From assembly GCA_052390235.1 (NCBI GenBank), contig JBQTHB010000002.1:256001-320000 (forward strand): DNA of 64,000 nt. The letters run 5' to 3'. How positions within the stretch are numbered: position 1 is the stretch's first letter; the number at the start of each line of letters is the position of its first letter. Positions 58,535 through 64,000 of this stretch are shown one piece after another. The notes below the pieces were generated by a model, which saw only the letters and a program-made list of their open reading frames with translations, searched no databases and was not told where the DNA came from. Made by a program: the position numbers and the translations under genes. The DNA comes from Deltaproteobacteria bacterium. Lineage in GTDB: Bacteria > Desulfobacterota_D > UBA1144 > Nemesobacterales > CSP1-2.

Positions 58535-58712
58535 GTCATTCCCAAATTTATTTATCGGGAATCTCATACTTTAGAACTGCCGGATTCCCACTTTCGTGGG
58601 AATGACACCCACACAATTTGTCATTTGCATGATTTGTCATTCCCGCAGTCCTTTGAGCGGGAATCCAGTGGTTGAAAAAACATGGATGCCCGATTGCTGC
58701 TTCAGGTATGAC
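58535..58712. repeat. Two inverted REP-like pairs between cas6 and cas8b
   Basis: GTCATTCCC..GGGAATC / GGATTCCCACTTTCGTGGGAATGAC and GTCATTCCCGCAG..GCGGGAATCCA. Confidence 0.88.
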
Positions 58713-58739
58713 AAAACGCAAACATCGTATCTTTGGTTA

Positions 58740-59486
58740 TCAATCCCCTCTCCCCACCACCTCAAAGCAGCCGAACCCCTGGGAGTTCTTGCCTCCCAGC
58801 CCCGCGTCATAGGCGAGCTTTATGAGTTCCCTATCTCCGCCGAGTTCATAAATCCCCATCCAGCCCTTGATGACGGTATCTCTGTAGAACATTATCTTCT
58901 CGTTCGAGTTATTCACCTTCACCGGCAGGAGCGATAACCCCCCTTCCGGCTCCCTCTCGTAGAAAGCCCTGAATTTCTTCTTGGCATTCTCGCCGATGAG
59001 TTCTGCAAATTCCCTCTCAAATGGGGTGTAGTAATAGGTTTTCTTTTTCCCATCTGCCCTGGACAGGGTGCTGTAGATAGTGGCTGGCGAGAGCATCTTG
59101 ATTATGAGCTTGTCTGCCTCTACGGCGAAATCCGACATCTCTACTGCCGCGAGCCGGAGCGTTTGCGAGTGGATTCTCCCCCGCTCCCCTCTGAGGAGTT
59201 CCTCGCCGAGTTCCTCAATAAATTCTCTCATCGGAGAGCTTACAACGAGCCTGAACGGAGAGGCAAAGGTTATTGTCTCCTTCGATTTGTTAATTTCATA
59301 TTCGCCGAGTATGCGAGAGAACGTAAAGAGCCGAAATGTTCGACCCTGCGCGGAAAACCCCCTCGTGTGGAGCATGTCGGCGAGCTTCTGTGAGATGGAG
59401 CGATAGATAAAAGCCTGAACGTAGTGGCTGTGGTGAATGGGAAGGCTGAAGCCCGTGTCCGATGCGAATTCTAGGGTTAATCTCAT
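58740..59486 (-). CDS. cas6: CRISPR-associated endoribonuclease Cas6
   Basis: LFTFSR, LSP, C-terminal G-loop GLGGKNSQGFG. Confidence 0.96.
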   Translation of the reverse strand: MRLTLEFASDTGFSLPIHHSHYVQAFIYRSISQKLADMLHTRGFSAQGRTFRLFTFSRILGEYEINKSKETITFASPFRLVVSSPMREFIEELGEELLRGERGRIHSQTLRLAAVEMSDFAVEADKLIIKMLSPATIYSTLSRADGKKKTYYYTPFEREFAELIGENAKKKFRAFYEREPEGGLSLLPVKVNNSNEKIMFYRDTVIKGWMGIYELGGDRELIKLAYDAGLGGKNSQGFGCFEVVGRGD

Positions 59487-59726
59487 TTTAGGCTACGAGT
59501 GATCTAAACTATATAGCGTATTATAATCCGCGCCATAGCCGTAATAAAGCCCCCGCAATATTTCGGCAACGTTGCGCTTCCATCTCTAAGGCTCAATCCC
59601 CAATTGCTTCCAGACAGGAGGGGGGGCGTGTGCCGTACATCGGGGGTTTTCTCGGCGCGCTTAGGCGGGATGATGGGAATTATCCCGTAGCCGCCAAAGG
59701 GTAGGGTGTGGTGAGAGCGGACTGCC

Positions 59727-59975
59727 TTATCGTCCGTCTTTATTGAACGGGATGGATATTGAAAGCTCGTCTCTAGTGAGTCCGGTTTTAACGTTGACCT
59801 CAATGTTGTCCAAATTGAACTGAGGGTATTTCCCGAACACGTTTACTAGATCCTGCCTCACGCGCTGGGTGAAATCCGTCGGAAGGTCTTTGCGCTCGTA
59901 GGATAGTACCACCATGAGCCTCTCTTTGGCGATGTCGGCGGATTTGGGTTTTCTGAAAAAATCGAATATTGACAT
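59727..59975 (-). CDS. minE: Cell division topological specificity factor MinE
   Basis: SADIAKERL, downstream of minD. Confidence 0.9.
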   Translation of the reverse strand: MSIFDFFRKPKSADIAKERLMVVLSYERKDLPTDFTQRVRQDLVNVFGKYPQFNLDNIEVNVKTGLTRDELSISIPFNKDGR

Positions 59976-59977
59976 AA

Positions 59978-60760
59978 TCAACCTCCGAACAGACGGCTGA
60001 AGAAGCTCTTTCTCTCTTCCAGCTCTGTGAATGGAATGTCCTGACCCTCAAGCCTCTTTGCCACGTTCATAAGCGCTCTGCCCGATTTCGAGTTCTCGGC
60101 AAGCACAATTGGCTCGCCTTTGTTGGTGAAATCAACCATGCGCTCCTCGTCGGGAATGATGCCAATTTTGGGTATGTGCAAGATTTCTTCTATGTCGGCA
60201 ACGGATAGCATCTCGCCCTTTCGCACCTGATGGAGTCTGATTCTGTTAATGATGAGTTTTATATTCTCTTTGCCCATGGACTCCAGAAGCCCGATGACGC
60301 GGTCTGCGTCCCTTACGGACGACACTTCGGGGTTTACGACGATGAGGGCTTCCGAGGCTGGGGCTGAGGCGGTTCTAAATCCCCCCTCGATACCGGCTGG
60401 GGAGTCAATTATCACGTAGTCGAAGCTCTCCTTTACCTTCTCGACGATTTCAACGAGTTGTTCAGGACGCACTGAGTCTTTGTTCTTCGTCTGAGCGGCG
60501 GGAAGCAAATACAGCGACTGCCCGCGCTTGTCCTTGACGAACGCCTTTTCGACGGCAACTGCCCCGTCAACAACGTCCACTACGTCATAGACAATTCTGT
60601 TCTCTAGCCCAAGTATCATATCGAGGTTTCTAAGCCCGATGTCGGCGTCAATGGTCAGCACCCTTTTGCCGAGGGCGGCTAGAGCCGTAGCGATGTTCGC
60701 AGTTACGGTGGTTTTACCGACTCCCCCTTTGCCCGATGTAATTACGATAGCCCTAGCCAT
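59978..60760 (-). CDS. minD: Septum site-determining ATPase MinD
   Basis: SGKGGVGKTT, DIGLRNLD, DSPAGIE, VRDADR, C-terminal FFSRLFG amphipathic helix. Confidence 0.97.
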   Translation of the reverse strand: MARAIVITSGKGGVGKTTVTANIATALAALGKRVLTIDADIGLRNLDMILGLENRIVYDVVDVVDGAVAVEKAFVKDKRGQSLYLLPAAQTKNKDSVRPEQLVEIVEKVKESFDYVIIDSPAGIEGGFRTASAPASEALIVVNPEVSSVRDADRVIGLLESMGKENIKLIINRIRLHQVRKGEMLSVADIEEILHIPKIGIIPDEERMVDFTNKGEPIVLAENSKSGRALMNVAKRLEGQDIPFTELEERKSFFSRLFGG

Positions 60761-60775
60761 ATTGTGCTTACCTCA

Positions 60776-61408
60776 TTATGCTTGAATTTTTTCGATATAA
60801 ATCTGGTTGTCTCTGACAAATGCCTTCTCAGGATATTCGGGGGTCTGCATATCGTCCGGGGGGCGCGTAAAACACCCGGCGATTCTAAGTTGCTGGGGTT
60901 TTAGCTTCAGCGCCATTATGACGGCCGTCTCGTCGCCCCTAGCCCCTGCGTGGACGACGCCTCTGAGGATTCCCATCACCACGATATTGCCAGAAGCGAT
61001 GATATAGGCGTCGGGATTTACATCTCCGATGACCAGAACGTCTCCGTCATGCTCGATTCTCTGGCCGCTGCGCATGGTTTTATTGACGATGTGGGCGGCT
61101 TTTTTCTCGGTAACGTCGGGAAGGGATTTGCCTCTGGTGTCCTTCTCGCGGGCTGTGTCGGCGCGCACTGACTCTGAGGTTTTATAACCGAGGAAATTCG
61201 TGCCGCTTTTGCGCAGAGCCTCCTCGATATTACTCTTATCAGCCTCGGCTAGGGGAATCTCGTTGGTGTCAACGGCAACCGCCGAGTTCTTGAAAAACGC
61301 GGCGGCGAGTTTTTCGTTCATCTCGGCGATGTTGGCGTCAATTGTCTTGGTTTTATCGAGCTTTATCAGAAGCGCAGGCACGGTGATGCCCTTGACGATG
61401 ATTCCCAT
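60776..61408 (-). CDS. minC: Septum site-determining protein MinC
   Basis: RSGQ, GDVNP, GILRGVVHAGA, QLRIA. Confidence 0.93.
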   Translation of the reverse strand: MGIIVKGITVPALLIKLDKTKTIDANIAEMNEKLAAAFFKNSAVAVDTNEIPLAEADKSNIEEALRKSGTNFLGYKTSESVRADTAREKDTRGKSLPDVTEKKAAHIVNKTMRSGQRIEHDGDVLVIGDVNPDAYIIASGNIVVMGILRGVVHAGARGDETAVIMALKLKPQQLRIAGCFTRPPDDMQTPEYPEKAFVRDNQIYIEKIQA

Positions 61409-61494
61409 TTCGGCTTATGTCCCGCAACGCTTATAAAAGGATATAAATGTTTATCACATCTTCGGGGTTAAAACAAGAAATCCGCGCAGGATTT

Positions 61495-61522
61495 TTGAAA
61501 AACTCAAACGGCGTGATATAAT
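61495..61522 (+). promoter_or_regulatory. Probable promoter of tRNA-Thr
   Basis: TTGAAA-16 nt-TATAAT with extended -10 TG. Confidence 0.55.
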
Positions 61523-61551
61523 CTCCGGGATTTTGATTTATCCATCCCGTT

Positions 61552-61623
61552 GCCGACGTAGCTCAGCGGTAGAGCAGCGCACTCGTAATGCGCAGGTCTG
61601 GGGTTCAAATCCCCACGTCGGCT
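61552..61623 (+). tRNA. tRNA-Thr(CGT), CCA not encoded
   Basis: GCCGACG acceptor stem, anticodon arm GCGCA-CT-CGT-AA-TGCGC, TTCAAATC. Confidence 0.95.
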
Positions 61624-61720
61624 AATATCTGCTCGAAAATGCCAGCCAATTGCAATCTATCTAAAATAAGCCGCAAACCCTCAGGGCTAGGCTCTCTATA
61701 CTCCGGATACTCCGGCGGAA

Positions 61721-61912
61721 CTACCCACCCTTTGACATAGTTTATAGCGAGCGGAGTCGAACTACTCAGGGTGAAGGGAAGCGGCAGAAATATTATCTCC
61801 ATCTCTCTTTGACTCACCTTACGCGCTAATGCCGCTAGTTGTGTAAAAAGCGCTGTCATTTCCGCAGAATTAAGCGGGAATCCAGTATTTGCCAACAGCT
61901 CAGGATGCCCGA
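61721..61912. repeat. REP-like modules downstream of tRNA-Thr
   Basis: Reverse copy of the CACCCTGAG..TTCGACTCCGCTC..ATAAACTA.GTC.AAGGG module, plus GTCATTTCCGC..GCGGGAATCCA. Confidence 0.75.
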
Positions 61913-61933
61913 CGCCTCTCCCAATTGGGGGGG

Positions 61934-62380
61934 TTAAGCCTGCCGCTCAAATAGCTTTTTGTGGTCGTAGCTCGTTTTGGTTACGACGATTCTATCTATG
62001 AGCCACTTGCCGCCGACTTTTTTGAGGAAGTAGAACTCCTTCTCCTGTACCGTACCGCCTGAGGCGCTGATGTTGGCAAGCAGTAGCACGAGCGCTTTTT
62101 CTTTTTCCACCCTCTGCTCGATTATTTTTCCGCCCAGGTGCTTGTACTTTATTTTTTGAAGCACTGCGCTTACCTCAGCCGCCCAAACCCCCGCGGGTTT
62201 ATTTTTTCTGAGGGTCGCCGTCGTGAGAGCCGCCGCTTTGTTCATATCCGTGCCGTAGAATTTCGTCCACTCCACCACGACTTCAGCCGGCTTTATCTCC
62301 TGCTGGGCGAGCGCGCCGCCGCTTCCCAGAGCCATCAAAAGCCCGATAATTATGAGAAATAATCCTAATTTATGACGCAT
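61934..62380 (-). CDS. Exported hypothetical protein (NTF2/DUF4878-like)
   Basis: Signal peptide; C-terminal FLKKVGGKWLID. Confidence 0.6.
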   Translation of the reverse strand: MRHKLGLFLIIIGLLMALGSGGALAQQEIKPAEVVVEWTKFYGTDMNKAAALTTATLRKNKPAGVWAAEVSAVLQKIKYKHLGGKIIEQRVEKEKALVLLLANISASGGTVQEKEFYFLKKVGGKWLIDRIVVTKTSYDHKKLFERQA

Positions 62381-62458
62381 TTATATGCCCTCTTTCTCTG
62401 CTCCCGCGCCGCTCTGCCGGGAGGGTATTTAAAATTTCTCTTCTTCGTCTGTGAATTA

Positions 62459-62806
62459 TTATTTTCCCCCCGCGCCTACGATGACCGAATCGCAGGATAC
62501 GAGGTTAGCCCCGTCGGGCGCGTTCTTCTTCTTCCCCCCGCAGGCAACGAACTCCCTGAGGCCCTTATTCTCGGCGGCGCAGCCGCATACGCTCTCCGCG
62601 CCTGGGCATCTGAGGGTTATAATCTCCACCCCAGCCGCGCCCGGCAGATTGTATTTCCCCTGACAGAACTGCACTGCCGAACTTTCGCTCTCTTTTGGAG
62701 CGGGATTCTGCGCAATCTCCACTTGCCCATCCCCGCCGCCCGCCCACACCGCCGCCGTGAGTATCAGAAATAGAGCTGAAACTTTAATACCCCGAGCAAC
62801 TGCCAT
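62459..62806 (-). CDS. Exported cysteine-containing hypothetical protein
   Basis: Signal peptide, six Cys, GAGGA RBS-like site upstream. Confidence 0.5.
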   Translation of the reverse strand: MAVARGIKVSALFLILTAAVWAGGGDGQVEIAQNPAPKESESSAVQFCQGKYNLPGAAGVEIITLRCPGAESVCGCAAENKGLREFVACGGKKKNAPDGANLVSCDSVIVGAGGK

Positions 62807-62883
62807 CGCCCTTGTCCTCCGTGTTTAGTTTATATACGAGAATTACTGTTATAATTCCATCACCCTGCGAGGAGACGCTCCGA

Positions 62884-63480
62884 ATGAGGAAATTACTCTA
62901 TATATTACCTATAATTTTACTGATAGGTTGCATTCAATCCCCTCCGCCGAAGCCGATAATAATCCCCCCGCAAAAACCACGCACCCCCCCCGCGGTCAAG
63001 CCCCTGAAGCCTAACGACGTTTTCGACGCCTCCTATGCCGCCGTCTGGAGCGCGACGCTCCTTGGGCTTAAGTGGGTGAAGTGGCCTCCCGCCTTTAGCT
63101 CTGAGGCGCAGGGACTCATCACTCTGCGCGAGGCTTACGTCTATCGGAGTTCCGGCAAACTCCGCCGTGTCCACAGATTTCCCACAAAAGAGGAAATCGC
63201 CGCCTCGAGAATTCCCGACTACTTAGCTAAAGTTTCCCGCGGGGCTTACGGCGCGAGCGTCCCCTTCACTCAGGAATTTATGGAGGTGCGATTCGTGAAA
63301 ATATCCGAATCCAAAACGCAGGTGAAAATAACCTACTCCGTGAAGCCCTACATTGGCGCGGGCAAATTCGGCAGAGGGCTCAAATCCAGCGGCTATATCG
63401 AATCCCTATTGCTTGAGCGGATACGGGGAACTCTCGTTGGGAAAACCGTCGCCGCCGCGGAAATCCTGGACATCGAATGA
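62884..63480 (+). CDS. Hypothetical lipoprotein
   Basis: GAGGAG RBS; MRKLLYILPIILLIGC lipobox; Pro-rich linker. Confidence 0.65.
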   Translation: MRKLLYILPIILLIGCIQSPPPKPIIIPPQKPRTPPAVKPLKPNDVFDASYAAVWSATLLGLKWVKWPPAFSSEAQGLITLREAYVYRSSGKLRRVHRFPTKEEIAASRIPDYLAKVSRGAYGASVPFTQEFMEVRFVKISESKTQVKITYSVKPYIGAGKFGRGLKSSGYIESLLLERIRGTLVGKTVAAAEILDIE

Positions 63481-63977
63481 CCTCAGCACTGATAATTCTC
63501 GGATTTATAGCGTGTATGGCGCTTTTGTTCTGGCTCGATAGGGCAGGGGAGCGGGATGTTGTTGCTAGTGACCGAGAGGGGTTCTCGGAGATATTGGATT
63601 TTATCTCGGCTGTGGATTGGAATATCGCATCAGCCGAATTAATAGGCAATCTCCGGGAGCCTAATGTAATAGAGCGGCGGCAGGGGGAGCTTTCAGTGAG
63701 CTGTAATCTGAGTATTCAGGGCTTCGATGTGCTTGCGAGCTATTATTTCGAGGGCGACGGGTTAGCCCGCATATCCGCCGAGATGGGGCATTTCTCGCAG
63801 GCGGATTTTGACTCTCTGTTCCGCGCCGCATACAGACGCTATGGCACTCCCCGTACTATGTCGGGAGAAGACGAACACGGAGGGGCGCTCGTCTGGAATC
63901 TGCCCGATGGAAGCGCCCTTGCCCTAGAGGAGACATCCCGCGGCAGGGCGTCGGTTTCCGTGTCGAGAGATAGATAA
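63477..63977 (+). CDS. Hypothetical membrane-anchored protein
   Basis: ATGA overlap with upstream gene; N-terminal TM segment. Confidence 0.6.
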   Translation: MTSALIILGFIACMALLFWLDRAGERDVVASDREGFSEILDFISAVDWNIASAELIGNLREPNVIERRQGELSVSCNLSIQGFDVLASYYFEGDGLARISAEMGHFSQADFDSLFRAAYRRYGTPRTMSGEDEHGGALVWNLPDGSALALEETSRGRASVSVSRDR

Positions 63978-64000
63978 CCTCTCCGAGGCGGGGCGAATGT

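Noticed and set aside
59487..59726. creTA/mini-array upstream of cas6
   Set aside because: Only an 8-nt TCAATCCC similarity to the repeat; no second repeat or spacer-like promoter match
61605..61895. 96-aa minus-strand ORF after tRNA-Thr
   Set aside because: Overlaps the tRNA 3' end and two REP modules; no RBS or motif
462..63649. Numerous antisense or alternate-frame ORFs overlapping recognised genes (e.g. 462-1028, 12907-13560, 16941-17684)
   Set aside because: Shadow ORFs with no motifs, fully explained by the opposite-strand gene

Overview
Bacterial chromosomal window from a diderm of moderate GC; the gene set is compatible with a Desulfobacterota/Dadabacteria-like lineage, which is an inference. 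The first 42 kb is mostly housekeeping: hemW, mnmA-mtaB, recG, htpX, aroA-cmk-ispH-rpsA-sppA, lipA, tRNA-Ser and tRNA-Arg, alr, an mlaEFD-type operon and a heterodimeric ABC exporter. It is interrupted by composite palindromic REP-like repeat clusters, a PEP-CTERM gene with a poly-G tract between its -35 and -10 boxes, and a small defence patch (type II R-M pair plus a decayed DUF4160/DUF2442 module bracketed by a 65-bp direct repeat). From 42.5 to 59.5 kb lies a complete type I-B CRISPR-Cas locus on the minus strand: cas6-cas8b-cas7-[GIY-YIG]-cas5-cas3-cas4-cas1-cas2-leader-array, with 99 repeats and 98 spacers by manual count. Two features stand out. First, a stand-alone GIY-YIG nuclease gene is embedded in paired GTCATTCCC...GGGAATCCA palindromes inside the cas operon, and the same palindromes fill most cas intergenic gaps and other sites; this is a REPtron-like layout with a GIY-YIG in place of a RAYT transposase. 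Second, a 248-bp giant spacer at the array trailer carries an intact 51-aa ORF with an RBS. The window ends with minCDE, tRNA-Thr and several unknown exported proteins.
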